A stretch of 64,000 nucleotides of DNA from Candidatus Latescibacterota bacterium (GCA_965116885.1 OZ220741.1:256001-320000); one strand, 5' to 3'; positions 31,623 through 42,621 are shown, counted from the stretch's first letter. Notes: generated by a model from the sequence alone, not told the origin. Program-made: numbers and translations.

Positions 31623-31645
31623 ACGACCATTCATCGGTAAAAAGC

Positions 31646-31679
31646 AAAAGGTCTGTGACACTTGTCACAGACCTTTTTT
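31646..31679. terminator. bidirectional intrinsic terminator
   Basis: AAAAGGTCTGTGACA-ct-TGTCACAGACCTTTT between convergent genes. Confidence 0.8.
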
Positions 31680-31696
31680 ATTTTTCTCATACCAAC

Positions 31697-34144
31697 CTAT
31701 TCATGCCGCAACGCTTCCACCGGATTGGACAGCGCCGCGCGAAGGGCGTGAAAACTCACAGTAAACAACGCAATCGCCAGGGCAACCGCGCCACTCAACA
31801 CAAATATCCACCACGAAAGATCCGTGCGATATTCAAAGCCGTCCAGCCAACTTCGCATCGCAAAATACGCAACCGGCCAGGCAAACAGATTTGCAATCAA
31901 AACCATAATCGCAAATGTCCTGGAAACCAAAATCACAATATTTGACACACTCGCACCCAAAACCTTTCGCACCCCGATCTCTTTCACCCGCTGCTCAACC
32001 GTAAATGCCGCAAGGCCAAACAGCCCCATACACGCGAGCAAAATCGCCATCCCCGAAGAGAGCAATGTCAGCGTCTGTGCCCGTTGTTCTGCATAGTACA
32101 TGAATTCAAACTGCTGATCCCACATCAGATAGTCAAAAGGCTGATCTGCAGAAGCGAACTGCTTCCATGTCTTTTCAAAAAAAGCGAGCGTCTCTTCCAT
32201 GCCCTCGGCTTTGACGCGCGCGCCCAGATTGTAAAATTGCTGGTGCCGAAGCGTCAGTGCAACAGGACCAATTTTTTCGTGCAACGAACTGTAGTGAAAG
32301 TCCCGCACAACGCCAATCACCGTCCCCTTCCGATTCCTCACCCGATCAACCCACTCAAAAGACTTGCCAACAGGATCATCCCAACCGAGCCGAGCTACCG
32401 CCGTTTCATTGATAATAAACGCTTTTGACGTATCTGTGGGAAATGCAATCGGATCAAATTTTCGTCCTTCCACCAGTTCGATTTGAAACACATCGAGATA
32501 ATCTTCATCGACCTCCAGAAGCGGCATGCGCCAGTCCGTACCCTCGTGCCCCTCTGCCCGAATGGTTCGGGTAATACCCCCGCCCCATCCAATCCACCAG
32601 CGATACGCCGTCACCTCAAGCACATTCGGATGGGCGCGAAAAGCCTCTTTCACCGTGGCATAACGGGCGGCGAGCTTTTGCCCCGGGTCTGATTTTGTTT
32701 CTTGATCAAGCACAAAGATGGGCATAAGCACCATCTGCTCCAGATTAAAACCCAGGTTCTTGTTTCTCATATAATCGAGTTGCCGATAGATCACCCCCGT
32801 ACTCGCGATCAGAATAATTGAAATCGCAAATTGCACCACCACCAACCCCTTCCGAATCCACTGCCCCCGAGAACCCGCGCGAAATGCCCCCTTTAGCGTT
32901 TCTGTGGGTTCATACGCAGAAAGAAAAAATGCGGGATAAACGCCAGCCAACAGCCCGACGAATACGGAGATACCAATCAAAGAAGTTACAAGCAACGGAT
33001 CGCTCAACAAATTCAACTCAATCTGCTTGAAGAAAAAGGCATTGAACTCGGGAAGCACGAGTTTGACGGCAACAAGCGCGAGAATAAGCGCGACCATTGC
33101 CGTGAGAACAGACTCGCCCAAAAACTGACCCATCAGTTGTGAGCGATACGCTCCCGACACCTTTCGCAAACCCACCTCGTGTGCCCTGCGAGCCGATTGC
33201 GCCGTCGTCAAATTTGTGAAATTAATACATCCAATCGCAAGCACCAGAACCGCAATGGCCCCAAATTGATACACGCGTTCAATATCGCCGTACCAATCCA
33301 GACCGTAATCCTGTCTCGAATAGAGATAAATGCGTTTGAGAGGCTGGAGATGATACGCATTTGTGCGTGCGATCTCTGCCCCCATATAGCGATCAATCAA
33401 TTCGGGAAATTTTGCGGACAGCGCCTTTGGATCCGCCCCTTCTCGCAGCAGAAAATACGTATTGACGGGACGCCAACCATCGGTTGGGATCCAATCTTCC
33501 CAGACAATTTTCGCACCTGGGGACGTGAATCCGCCTGTTGAAAAATAATCGATTTCACCGAAGCCGAGTGTAGAATTGAGAGGCACATCTTTTAATATTG
33601 CCGTGATGGTGCGCTCGCCTCCGTGGTGATTGCTCTCAGCGGTGATGGTCTTGCCAATCGGATCTTCGTCTCCAAACAACCGCTTTGCCGCCGATTCTGT
33701 TATGGCAATCGCATTGGGATTGGGAAATGCCGTTTCGAGATTGCCGCGCACAAATGGGAAATCGAAAATTTCAAACATCTCGGGATCGGCAACACAGAGA
33801 CCCAGCTCAAACTTTTTTTCGTCCAAACGCACATCTACGGACGACCACGTTATCACGCGCACGGCTTTCTCTACTTCGGGAAAATCCCGCTCAAGTGTCC
33901 GTGCCAGCGCGCCCGACGTAAATGGCAAATAATCCGATTGTCCCCCAGATCGGGTCTCCCGGATCACGCGATAGATCCGATCTCCTTTTGCATGCCAGGC
34001 GTCAAAACTCAACTCATCCTGAATATAGAGCACGATCAAAAAACACGTCCCCAGACCAATGGCAAGCCCCAGAATATTAATAGCACTAAAGGATTTTTGC
34101 CGATTGAGATTTCTCAGCGCGATAATCAGGTAATTTCTAAACAC
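31697..34144 (-). CDS. ABC transporter permease, MacB/FtsX family
   Basis: FRNYLIIALRNL, GCINFTNL..EVGLRKVSGA, QRVKEIGVRKVLGA, NPVEALRHE. Confidence 0.95.
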   Translation of the reverse strand: MFRNYLIIALRNLNRQKSFSAINILGLAIGLGTCFLIVLYIQDELSFDAWHAKGDRIYRVIRETRSGGQSDYLPFTSGALARTLERDFPEVEKAVRVITWSSVDVRLDEKKFELGLCVADPEMFEIFDFPFVRGNLETAFPNPNAIAITESAAKRLFGDEDPIGKTITAESNHHGGERTITAILKDVPLNSTLGFGEIDYFSTGGFTSPGAKIVWEDWIPTDGWRPVNTYFLLREGADPKALSAKFPELIDRYMGAEIARTNAYHLQPLKRIYLYSRQDYGLDWYGDIERVYQFGAIAVLVLAIGCINFTNLTTAQSARRAHEVGLRKVSGAYRSQLMGQFLGESVLTAMVALILALVAVKLVLPEFNAFFFKQIELNLLSDPLLVTSLIGISVFVGLLAGVYPAFFLSAYEPTETLKGAFRAGSRGQWIRKGLVVVQFAISIILIASTGVIYRQLDYMRNKNLGFNLEQMVLMPIFVLDQETKSDPGQKLAARYATVKEAFRAHPNVLEVTAYRWWIGWGGGITRTIRAEGHEGTDWRMPLLEVDEDYLDVFQIELVEGRKFDPIAFPTDTSKAFIINETAVARLGWDDPVGKSFEWVDRVRNRKGTVIGVVRDFHYSSLHEKIGPVALTLRHQQFYNLGARVKAEGMEETLAFFEKTWKQFASADQPFDYLMWDQQFEFMYYAEQRAQTLTLLSSGMAILLACMGLFGLAAFTVEQRVKEIGVRKVLGASVSNIVILVSRTFAIMVLIANLFAWPVAYFAMRSWLDGFEYRTDLSWWIFVLSGAVALAIALFTVSFHALRAALSNPVEALRHE

Positions 34145-34356
34145 AACAACTCGCCTCCGAAATAAAAAGTAAATTCATCACGTACGAGTGTAGCCACGAT
34201 CTTCAAAACCGTCAAGGTTTAGCATATAATTTCCAATGAAAAACCATCACCCATTGGACACACCTTGATCGCAGATGGTTTCTCTTTTCACACAGATACA
34301 TTATATTGACCGAGTTATATCCCCATTTCCCCACACACTCCCTACCTGATCGCGAC

Positions 34357-35202
34357 ATGAAGGCCTTTACTCGCACAACCCTCTATCTCCTCATTCTCTC
34401 TACCTCCTTGCCCGGATGCAAGGACAAACCCACTGCCCCGCCGGAAGAACCAGAGTCGCCACCGCATGTTGTATCGCAGACACAAACAGGCATCCAGATC
34501 ACAACCCATGTGGGCACGACGCACACCCTCATTTTAATACCCGAAGGTCCGTTCGAAATGGGCGCCAACAACGGCATCCGCAACGAAGGTCCGGAACACA
34601 CCGTCCATCTCAAAGCCTATTACATAGACCACACAGAAGTTAGCAATGCCCAATGGAATCCCTACGCCATTGCCGAGCGTCAACTGCCCAACTTTGACTC
34701 GCCCGAACATCCCGTTGTCAATATCAACTGGTTTCAAGCCGGCGAATACTGCGCATGGCTCGGCGGACGCTTGCCCACCGAAGCCGAATGGGAAAAAGCA
34801 GCGCGCGGAACCGACAGGCGCATATATCCCTGGGGCGCTGCCCCGGACCCCAACCGCGCCAACTACCTCAACAGCGGCGACCCCTTTGACAACGGCACAG
34901 CACCTGTTGCATATTATCGGGAAGGCAATCGCGACGGGCGCAGCCCTTATGGCGTATTGGACATGGCCGGCAATGTTTGGGAATGGACACAAGACGAATA
35001 CGATAGCGCGTTCTATCAGCGCAGCCCACGCGATAACCCCGTCAATTACGAACTCAGAACCCATTTCTTGCACCTCGAACGCGTCGTGCGAGGTGGATCC
35101 TGGTTCAGCACTGCCTTTCTGATACGCACAACAGCGCGCGACGCTCGAACATCCAATCTTCAAACCGATACACTTGGATTTCGGTGTGTGGTGGATCGGT
35201 AA
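34357..35202 (+). CDS. FGE-sulfatase (SUMF1/PvdO-like) domain lipoprotein
   Basis: LPGC lipobox; PEGPFEMG, RLPTEAEWEKAARG, DMAGNVWEW, RGGSW, GFRC; lacks catalytic CxxxxC. Confidence 0.9.
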   Translation: MKAFTRTTLYLLILSTSLPGCKDKPTAPPEEPESPPHVVSQTQTGIQITTHVGTTHTLILIPEGPFEMGANNGIRNEGPEHTVHLKAYYIDHTEVSNAQWNPYAIAERQLPNFDSPEHPVVNINWFQAGEYCAWLGGRLPTEAEWEKAARGTDRRIYPWGAAPDPNRANYLNSGDPFDNGTAPVAYYREGNRDGRSPYGVLDMAGNVWEWTQDEYDSAFYQRSPRDNPVNYELRTHFLHLERVVRGGSWFSTAFLIRTTARDARTSNLQTDTLGFRCVVDR

Positions 35203-35628
35203 TTTTGAGTGGGAATAATATTGTGTTGCTTATCGAAAGTGTTGGTGATGATTCCACCTTTTTTATCTTTGTTCTGCCTTCGGCGACTTCATTTTTTTGC
35301 GCGCCCAAAAAAATAAAGGAAAAAAAGGGCGCCCCTGCGGGGGGCTTGCACAGCGCAAATCGTTTTTGAAATCTCACAAAGAACAGCGGCCTTCAAAGTT
35401 AGATGGACAATAGATAGTCTGGTGCGAGACGGACTCGCGCGCTGTGCACAATGGCTTTGATTGATGGCGTTTTTTGAAGGTGTGTTTTGTAATGCTTTAT
35501 CTGAAGTACTGCGTAACATCAGTTATAAATACATAAGGACACGCATTCATATATCGAGTGCATGTCCTTTGTACTTTTCGACAAAGATCAAAGGCCGAGG
35601 ATTTTGAGAAGCCTTTTCAGTTCATTTT

Positions 35629-36828
35629 TTAGCCAATCTTTGGAATACCACCGAGCATCCCCGCACGGTATTTGGGATAGAGACGCGTATCTCGGCGGAG
35701 ACCCTGCACATCTTGTGCGCCATGCACGCGAGTTGCGCCACTACTGTCCTTCTCTACAATAAAAATCTCCTCCTTTTCCAGATTGTCGAGCAAGCCGACA
35801 TTGTGAGAGGAGACAAAAAGCTGTGCGCCTGAAGGATTGACCTCTTGAGAACGGAACCAGCCAAGAATTTCGCCAGCGATATCCACATGAAGATCGCCAT
35901 CTATCTCGTCGAGGACAGCGGGAACGCCGTTGCGGAGCGCGCCACCGATCCGAGGCAACAGATGGAATAGGCGTTTCGTTCCACTGGATTCTAAACTCAG
36001 GGGGATTGACGTATCAAGCCCGTGATGGTCAAAGAACGCTTCCTTTGTCCCAGATTGGTCAGAAATAGTTATATCCTGAATTCCCAAATCACTGGATCGG
36101 ATATGATTTCTAATCCAGGACTCCATATCGGGATCGTCCTCGAATATATCCATCACACTTTCGGTCGAAGGTGCCCATCTCTCACGAAGCATGATATTGG
36201 ATGACCAAAAAAAATCTTCCATCCATTTTGTAATATGCATCGCCAGGGGCACATTGAGCAAAGCGAGCGTGGCAATCACCGATGTGTCTTTTCGAACAAT
36301 ATCCTGGAGCATATCACCCTTAAGTTTAAGACCTAATTCGTTAGAAACGTATACAGGTTTTCCCGGGACACCGCGCTCGAAAAGACGTCTGGGGCGACCC
36401 TTTGGAAAGTGAGACAAAGCTTCGTAAGAGAAGAAAGGATCATTACCACCGCCTGCCACCTCCAACTCGTACCGGAACAACTGATGGTCTTCGCCCAGCC
36501 AATTCGCTTCGAACTCCATGCAAAACCGCGTCGGTTGGTTTCTGGTTTCTTCAGAAAAAAAGGGGAAAAAGGTCTTGAGCGATCTGTGTCTATCAGTGGG
36601 CAATCCTAATAAGGCGGTAAGAGCAGTAGCGATCAGCGCACTGAGCAACGTTGTCTTACCTGATCCATTGGGACCTATAAGCACGACCACAGAAGGCAGC
36701 CGGATATCCGGCTTTGCTGTGCTCCTTCGGAACCGCGGCAGGTCGGGGGCAGTGCCCGGAATACGCAAGTCGAGAACGACTTCTTCGCGGATCGAATGGA
36801 AGTTGGATATGGAAAATTTGTAAATCAT
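35629..36828 (-). CDS. AAA_21 family ATPase (RloA/AbiLi-like)
   Basis: ISNFHSI, GPNGSGKT, ESSGTKR, LDEID..LH, QLFVSSHN, YRAGMLGGIP. Confidence 0.88.
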   Translation of the reverse strand: MIYKFSISNFHSIREEVVLDLRIPGTAPDLPRFRRSTAKPDIRLPSVVVLIGPNGSGKTTLLSALIATALTALLGLPTDRHRSLKTFFPFFSEETRNQPTRFCMEFEANWLGEDHQLFRYELEVAGGGNDPFFSYEALSHFPKGRPRRLFERGVPGKPVYVSNELGLKLKGDMLQDIVRKDTSVIATLALLNVPLAMHITKWMEDFFWSSNIMLRERWAPSTESVMDIFEDDPDMESWIRNHIRSSDLGIQDITISDQSGTKEAFFDHHGLDTSIPLSLESSGTKRLFHLLPRIGGALRNGVPAVLDEIDGDLHVDIAGEILGWFRSQEVNPSGAQLFVSSHNVGLLDNLEKEEIFIVEKDSSGATRVHGAQDVQGLRRDTRLYPKYRAGMLGGIPKIG

Positions 36829-36947
36829 ATTGAAATAATAACAATTTTTTGTCGAGATAGCAATATAATAGTCAAAAAATAATGGGACAATCAGTACCAT
36901 GCCCATGTGGACTGAATGCCCCTTTTCGTGTATAAAGCTATTTTTGA

Positions 36948-37253
36948 CTATTCTACAATATCCAAAAGAATCTGGAAATATGCTCTTACCTCTGCCGGAA
37001 CCTCTTTAACCCAGGTGTCAAGAAATATGTCATAATAGTCATTGATTTCTTCTGAGTTACCCGTGACCGAGAATAATACCTCAATAAAGACATCTTCAGA
37101 TTCATCATCTTCTTGAAGACAGAATTCTCTACCCTGTAAATTTGGGAAATGGCCCTCAAGAAGCCCGGGTATCTTTGAATACCATTCTGCTATGCCTTTT
37201 TCTTGACAAAAAGTTTCTATATCGTCAATTGTAGCTTCAATGGTTTGTAGCAT
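36948..37253 (-). CDS. acidic hypothetical protein (101 aa)
   Basis: ATG 37253, 4 nt after the Abi gene stop; fills the gap in an AT-rich cluster. Confidence 0.65.
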   Translation of the reverse strand: MLQTIEATIDDIETFCQEKGIAEWYSKIPGLLEGHFPNLQGREFCLQEDDESEDVFIEVLFSVTGNSEEINDYYDIFLDTWVKEVPAEVRAYFQILLDIVE

Positions 37254-37257
37254 TTTT

Positions 37258-38067
37258 TTATTTAGATTCGCCATAAGCACTTGAGGCGTAGAGTTGCCGA
37301 TGTTCTTCATCTATAAGCACTTTTGAAGGCATATCCTCAAAAAGGGCATATTTCTCAACTAAATCCTTGAATTTGGCTCCTCGATCACTCAGACCATGAT
37401 AAAAGAGAAGGCCCAATTCATTGCTTGATAGTTGTGCACGGATAAAATTAGCGTAGCGTTTCTTTTCTTTAAATTCTTTCTCATCAAAAAATTCGTGTTC
37501 ATGAACAAATTTGACGACATTGTACAAATGCTGAACGTAATGACCAACATAAGGCTGGAATACAGAAAGGAATTCTTCTTCATAGGTATCATTAAAAACT
37601 TCTGTTTTAGGGCGATTCTCGTCTCTGGCTTTTTCAAGACTGCTTTTCAGATCGCCGAGTAGGGGACGAAAGCATTCCCGTCCGGATTGAGGGTCTTTTG
37701 GCATCTCCATTGAATTGACAATCTCACCGTGCATACCAAGAAGTTGAAAGAAGGAACTCTCAAAATTCTGCTTCTGAAGCGTTTCCTTTTGCCCCCTGAT
37801 TTCAGTCCGTGTAGCCTCCAATTCCTCCCGTTGAAGCTCAAGTTCCTTCTTCTGAAGTAGTATTGCACAAATGACACCCGCAAAGGCCAGTCCAGAGAAC
37901 AGTGCATTGACGACTCCGAACGAGTCCCCAAATTGCCCTCTCTTATCAGTAACCCACCAAGGAAACAATTCAATAAGAGACAGGAACCAAAAGATTACCA
38001 CAAATGAAAGTATCAACCAAAAAGGCCACCAGCGAGCCTTCTCGGGATCATCGACAGTCTTGCTCAT
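37258..38067 (-). CDS. putative phage abortive infection protein (putAbiC-like), 2 TM + coiled coil
   Basis: GQFGDSFG..ALFSGLAF, QNFESSFFQLL, GHY..LYNVVKF, YANFIRAQLSSNEL..LFY. Confidence 0.85.
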   Translation of the reverse strand: MSKTVDDPEKARWWPFWLILSFVVIFWFLSLIELFPWWVTDKRGQFGDSFGVVNALFSGLAFAGVICAILLQKKELELQREELEATRTEIRGQKETLQKQNFESSFFQLLGMHGEIVNSMEMPKDPQSGRECFRPLLGDLKSSLEKARDENRPKTEVFNDTYEEEFLSVFQPYVGHYVQHLYNVVKFVHEHEFFDEKEFKEKKRYANFIRAQLSSNELGLLFYHGLSDRGAKFKDLVEKYALFEDMPSKVLIDEEHRQLYASSAYGESK

Positions 38068-38287
38068 ACTACAATCCTTTATCCTATATTTCACACATCA
38101 ATTTGCCAACCGCTATATAAACATAGCGATTCTCTGTATATCTTTCAAGGGGCTATATTGCGTTCCGCTCGATAGGTCTGTAAAACTACCGCATCCGAAA
38201 CAATTTTCATCGCATAAATCCACGTAGTTAATTATACTACTTCTCAATAACATCAGCGGGTTTTGGTATATCTGAGGAGACAATCTC

Positions 38288-39691
38288 ATGGCATCAGACA
38301 TAAACTACGCAAGCTGGCCCCGGCATGTGGCGCGTCACATCGATGTGGGTGATCAGAAGCAACTCTTTCTGGACGACGGGTTTCTGGTAGAACGCGCCGA
38401 AGGGATTCGGTATGTCATGCACCAGCCGGTCAAACATTTGCAAAACCCGCTGCTCGTACCCGACATGCCATGGGAATTGCAGGTACAGCTCTACGGCTCC
38501 GTCCTGTGGGATGAAGAAGACCAGATCTACAAAATGTGGTACACAAATCGGACTTACAAATACGGCAAAGACAGCGCAGTACTCATGGCTTATGCCACCT
38601 CTGAAGACGGGCTCAAATGGACAAAGCCCACCCTCAACATCCTGCCCCATGAGGGATCTGCCAAAAACAATCTCCTGCTGGATCCCGGACCCGGAGGCAG
38701 CGGCGGCGTATGCGTCTTAAAAACCCCCGAAGAAAAGAACAAAAAATACAAAATGCTCTACAAAACCATCGAAGAAGGCGGCGGACTAAAAGTTGCATTC
38801 TCGCCAGACGGGATCCACTGGACAAAACACCCCAAAACCGTCCTACCCGGCGTCTTTGACACATTCAACGTCGCAGTACAGGACGGTGACAAATACGTCG
38901 CATACGTACGCATAAACCAGAGACCGCGAAAGCGACACCGCGCATTGGGACGCATCGAATCCGAAGACTTCATCCACTGGACCACACCCACAATCGTCCT
39001 GAAACCAGATGAGCACGACCCCGAAGACACAGACATCTACACATCCGCTGCATTTAAATACCCACAAGCGGACTACGCCTATATTATGATGCCCAGCCTT
39101 TTTGATTGGCGAACCGGAAAACTTCAGGTACAATTGGCCACGAGTCGGGACAATGCAAATTGGAATCGGGCGGGGAACCGCGAGGTCTTCATCCCACTGG
39201 GAGAACCAGACAGTTATGAATCGGAAGAAATCATGGTCGGCGCGCCATCAGTCGTAAAAGACCAAATCTACATCTACTATCACGGCAGCAACCGGCCACA
39301 CTGGAATGGGATGGGACGTCCGTTTAAAGAAAAAAGCGGCATAGGTCTGGCAACACTGCGCCTGGATGGATTCATCTCGATTGACGCAGGCGAAAAACCG
39401 AGCGGCGGCACAATCACAACCGTACCCATACAATTCTCGGGCACCCACCTGGAAATAAACGCAGATGCAACCTGGGGGGAAATACGCGTCGAAATTTTAA
39501 ACGACGAAAATGAAGTAATCGAAGGATTTGATCGCCTATCGTGTCAACCTGTAATCGGCGACTCCGTGCGCCATCGCGTCTCATGGTCGGGCGGCGATGT
39601 ACGCACTTTGATCGGAACAACCGTAAAACTGCGATTTCATATCCTCTGCGCCCGGCTGTACGCCTTTCAATTTAGCACAAAACACCCCTGA
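38288..39691 (+). CDS. five-bladed beta-propeller glycoside hydrolase-like protein
   Basis: KQLFLDD, YKMWY, AYATSEDGLKWTKP, SPDGIHW, GLATLRLDGFISI. Confidence 0.7.
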   Translation: MASDINYASWPRHVARHIDVGDQKQLFLDDGFLVERAEGIRYVMHQPVKHLQNPLLVPDMPWELQVQLYGSVLWDEEDQIYKMWYTNRTYKYGKDSAVLMAYATSEDGLKWTKPTLNILPHEGSAKNNLLLDPGPGGSGGVCVLKTPEEKNKKYKMLYKTIEEGGGLKVAFSPDGIHWTKHPKTVLPGVFDTFNVAVQDGDKYVAYVRINQRPRKRHRALGRIESEDFIHWTTPTIVLKPDEHDPEDTDIYTSAAFKYPQADYAYIMMPSLFDWRTGKLQVQLATSRDNANWNRAGNREVFIPLGEPDSYESEEIMVGAPSVVKDQIYIYYHGSNRPHWNGMGRPFKEKSGIGLATLRLDGFISIDAGEKPSGGTITTVPIQFSGTHLEINADATWGEIRVEILNDENEVIEGFDRLSCQPVIGDSVRHRVSWSGGDVRTLIGTTVKLRFHILCARLYAFQFSTKHP

Positions 39692-39705
39692 CCCAAGGAG
39701 ACCCC

Positions 39706-40611
39706 ATGCCTTCACACTTTGTCTTTGTCACAGACAGCCATCACCACGCCGCAGCCGCAGAAGACTTCGGCGCGCCCAAAATGCTGACGCGCAGCCATGA
39801 AATACACCATGCAATGGTACCCGCCATCAACGCCTGCAAAGCGGACTTCATCGTACACGGCGGCGACGTGGTCTGCGGCGGTGGGGCATTTGAAATGCCC
39901 TTTGATATCTACTTGCAAACCATAGACGAAGCCAAAAACGCGTTTGACGGCCTTCACGCGCCCACATACTACGTCCCGGGCAATCACGACTGCGATGCCC
40001 AGGAAGGGAGCTTTGAAGCTTTTGCCAGACAATTTCCAATCCCCGAAACCCTGGACATCGTCGAAGCCGCACCGCGCCTGCGCCTGGCGCTCGCCAACGT
40101 ATATCCCGTCAGCCCACTGGAAGACAGTTTGGGCACTTGGACAGAAGCACACGACCGCATCTTGCGCGAAGCCGCTGCAAAAGCTTACGACGACCGCTGC
40201 GCCCTCATCCTGTTCATTCACCCCTGGGTCTTCCCCCAATATGAAGCACAGGCCGACTTCGTACCGGGTGGCATTGTAGGCAACGCCGAGCAAATCATGG
40301 AAGCCGTAAAAAACCTGCCCGCTGTCATAGCCATCTTCACCGGACACAGACACATCAACCGCATCCGCATGTATCGCGACTTCCTCATCGTTGACACCGC
40401 CTGCCTGATTGGTTTCCCACTGGGCTTCCGCGAAGTCTGGCTCACAGAAGACGGCTATTTCAAAACGCGCTTCCGCACACTGGACCTGCCCGACCTGATG
40501 CAGGCTTCCTTTGACCGCTCCCCCGTAAAAACAAATCAAATGTGGCAAGGAGAAATCCACGACCGCGACACGGAAATCTTAACCCCGCGGCTAAAAGCAC
40601 TCTGGGAATAA
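39706..40611 (+). CDS. calcineurin-like metallophosphoesterase
   Basis: TDSH, HGGD, PGNHD, TGHRH. Confidence 0.88.
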   Translation: MPSHFVFVTDSHHHAAAAEDFGAPKMLTRSHEIHHAMVPAINACKADFIVHGGDVVCGGGAFEMPFDIYLQTIDEAKNAFDGLHAPTYYVPGNHDCDAQEGSFEAFARQFPIPETLDIVEAAPRLRLALANVYPVSPLEDSLGTWTEAHDRILREAAAKAYDDRCALILFIHPWVFPQYEAQADFVPGGIVGNAEQIMEAVKNLPAVIAIFTGHRHINRIRMYRDFLIVDTACLIGFPLGFREVWLTEDGYFKTRFRTLDLPDLMQASFDRSPVKTNQMWQGEIHDRDTEILTPRLKALWE

Positions 40612-40612
40612 A

Positions 40613-41398
40613 CTATCGCCCCTGAAAATCCGGCTTGCGCTTCTCCATAAATGCTGCGCGGCCCTCTTTGTAATCCTCACTTCCAAAACACGCATCGATA
40701 ACCCGCTGGCACAAATCGAGATCGCGCTCATCCGCATCTTTGCCAATCTCTGCAATAATCTGCTTGGTCGCACGAATCGTCAGCGGTGCATTGCCCGCAA
40801 TGGTCTCCGCATAATCATCCACATAAGCGTCTAACGCATCCCGCGACAAAACCCGGTTAATCAGACCCATGTGATACGCCTCAGAAGCATTGAACCGACG
40901 CGCCGTAAACAAAATCTCGCACGCATTGGCCGGCCCCACAAGCCCCACAAGCGGTTTGAGCGCACCATATCCATACCCCAGGCCCAGCTTTGCAGCGGGA
41001 ATGGCAAAAGACGAATCATCGGACGCAATCCGCAAATCGCAACACAGCGCAGTAGCAAGCCCTCCACCAATACAATACCCCGCAATTTTGGCAATCGTGG
41101 GCTTGAGCACCTGCGCGAGCTTCTCATAAGCGCGTCCCATAGTCGCATTATACACCTCCACCGCATCTGCCGTCCCGCGTTGCGCTTCAAACTGCGAAAT
41201 ATCTGCCCCCGCAGAAAACGCCCTGCCGCCCTCACCCGAAAGCACAATAACGCGAACCGCATCGTCCGATTCAAAATCGTCAATCGCCCGCTCCATACCC
41301 TGCCACATCTCATAAGAAATGGCATTGTGTTTCTCCGGCTGATTCAGGCGAATATGTCCAACACCGCCGTCTTTCTGCACAATAATTTTATCTGTCAT
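40613..41398 (-). CDS. enoyl-CoA hydratase/isomerase
   Basis: AFSAGADI, GYCIGGG, SEDYKEGRAAFMEKRKPDF. Confidence 0.93.
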   Translation of the reverse strand: MTDKIIVQKDGGVGHIRLNQPEKHNAISYEMWQGMERAIDDFESDDAVRVIVLSGEGGRAFSAGADISQFEAQRGTADAVEVYNATMGRAYEKLAQVLKPTIAKIAGYCIGGGLATALCCDLRIASDDSSFAIPAAKLGLGYGYGALKPLVGLVGPANACEILFTARRFNASEAYHMGLINRVLSRDALDAYVDDYAETIAGNAPLTIRATKQIIAEIGKDADERDLDLCQRVIDACFGSEDYKEGRAAFMEKRKPDFQGR

Positions 41399-41418
41399 TG
41401 AACTCCCCACAGAGAACA

Positions 41419-42606
41419 TCAAACGACATTCTCCTCTTTCATAGTCGCAATTTCACCTTCCGAAAACCCAAACTCGCTCAAAATCTCATCCGTATGCTCA
41501 CCCCGTTCGGGCGATGCCCTGTAAGGCAGATCTCGTGCATTACTCAAATTAGTCGCATTCCTCACCACATCGTAATCCCCCATAACGCGGTTAGTCACCG
41601 AACGCGACATCTTCAAATGCGTAACCTGCGGATCGGACCACATCTCATCCATCTTATAAATCGGCCCACACGGCACACCCGCGGCATTCAGTGCATCAAT
41701 CCAATAGGCACTATCTTGCGTCGCAAAATACTTTTGCAAACTCTCATTCAGCACATCCCGATTTCTCAACCGCACGCCGCCATTGGAAAACCTCTCATCC
41801 CTGTACAAATCTCCAGCACCCAGCACATCGCACAAACGCTGCCACATAAGCTCTCCACTACAGGCAATATTGATATACCCATCGCGGGTTTGAAACACAC
41901 CCGTCGGAATACTCGTGGGATGATTATTACCCGCCTGTTCGGGCACCTCATTTGCAATCAACCAGCGCGCCGCCTGAAAATCCAGCATCGCAATCTGAGC
42001 TTCCAGCAATGACGTATGCACCCACTGACCCTCCCCGGTCTCCTCGCGCTGAAGCAAAGCCGTGAGAATACCAATAGCGGTGTACAAACCAGAAGCGAGA
42101 TCTGCAATCGGCACCCCAACGCGCACCGGCCCCTGCCCCGGCAAACCCGTAATCCACATCAACCCTCCCATACCCTGTGCAATCTGATCAAAACCCGGTC
42201 GCAATCTGTACGGACCCTCCTGCCCAAACCCCGAAATACTCGCGTACACAATACCCGGATTTTCCCTCTTACACCTCTCATACCCAATATCGAGGCGATC
42301 TTTAACATCCGGCCGAAAATTCTCCACAACCACATCCGCGCGCTTAACCATGCGGAAAAACGCCTCGCGCCCCGCATCGGCTTTGAGATTTAAAGTCATC
42401 CCGCGTTTGTTCCGGTGCAAATTCTGAAAATCCGGCCCGTGACGCGGTCCCCCCATGGTCTTTGCCTCGTCGATATTTTCAGGCGGCTCAATCTTGATAA
42501 TATTCGCCCCCCAATCCGCGAGCTGACGCACCGCAGTGGGACCCGCACGCACGCGGGTCAAATCGAGCACAGTAAAACGGGCGAGAGGGGCATGTCCATT
42601 TTTCAT
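41419..42606 (-). CDS. CaiB/BaiF family III CoA transferase
   Basis: VLDLTRVRAGP, HRNKRG, VVVENFRP, SGFGQEGPY..GFDQIAQG. Confidence 0.95.
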   Translation of the reverse strand: MKNGHAPLARFTVLDLTRVRAGPTAVRQLADWGANIIKIEPPENIDEAKTMGGPRHGPDFQNLHRNKRGMTLNLKADAGREAFFRMVKRADVVVENFRPDVKDRLDIGYERCKRENPGIVYASISGFGQEGPYRLRPGFDQIAQGMGGLMWITGLPGQGPVRVGVPIADLASGLYTAIGILTALLQREETGEGQWVHTSLLEAQIAMLDFQAARWLIANEVPEQAGNNHPTSIPTGVFQTRDGYINIACSGELMWQRLCDVLGAGDLYRDERFSNGGVRLRNRDVLNESLQKYFATQDSAYWIDALNAAGVPCGPIYKMDEMWSDPQVTHLKMSRSVTNRVMGDYDVVRNATNLSNARDLPYRASPERGEHTDEILSEFGFSEGEIATMKEENVV

Positions 42607-42621
42607 AACACAAGTAACTCC

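Noticed and set aside
34357..35202. True formylglycine-generating enzyme or DGR target
   Set aside because: Catalytic cysteines absent; no reverse transcriptase or template repeat seen
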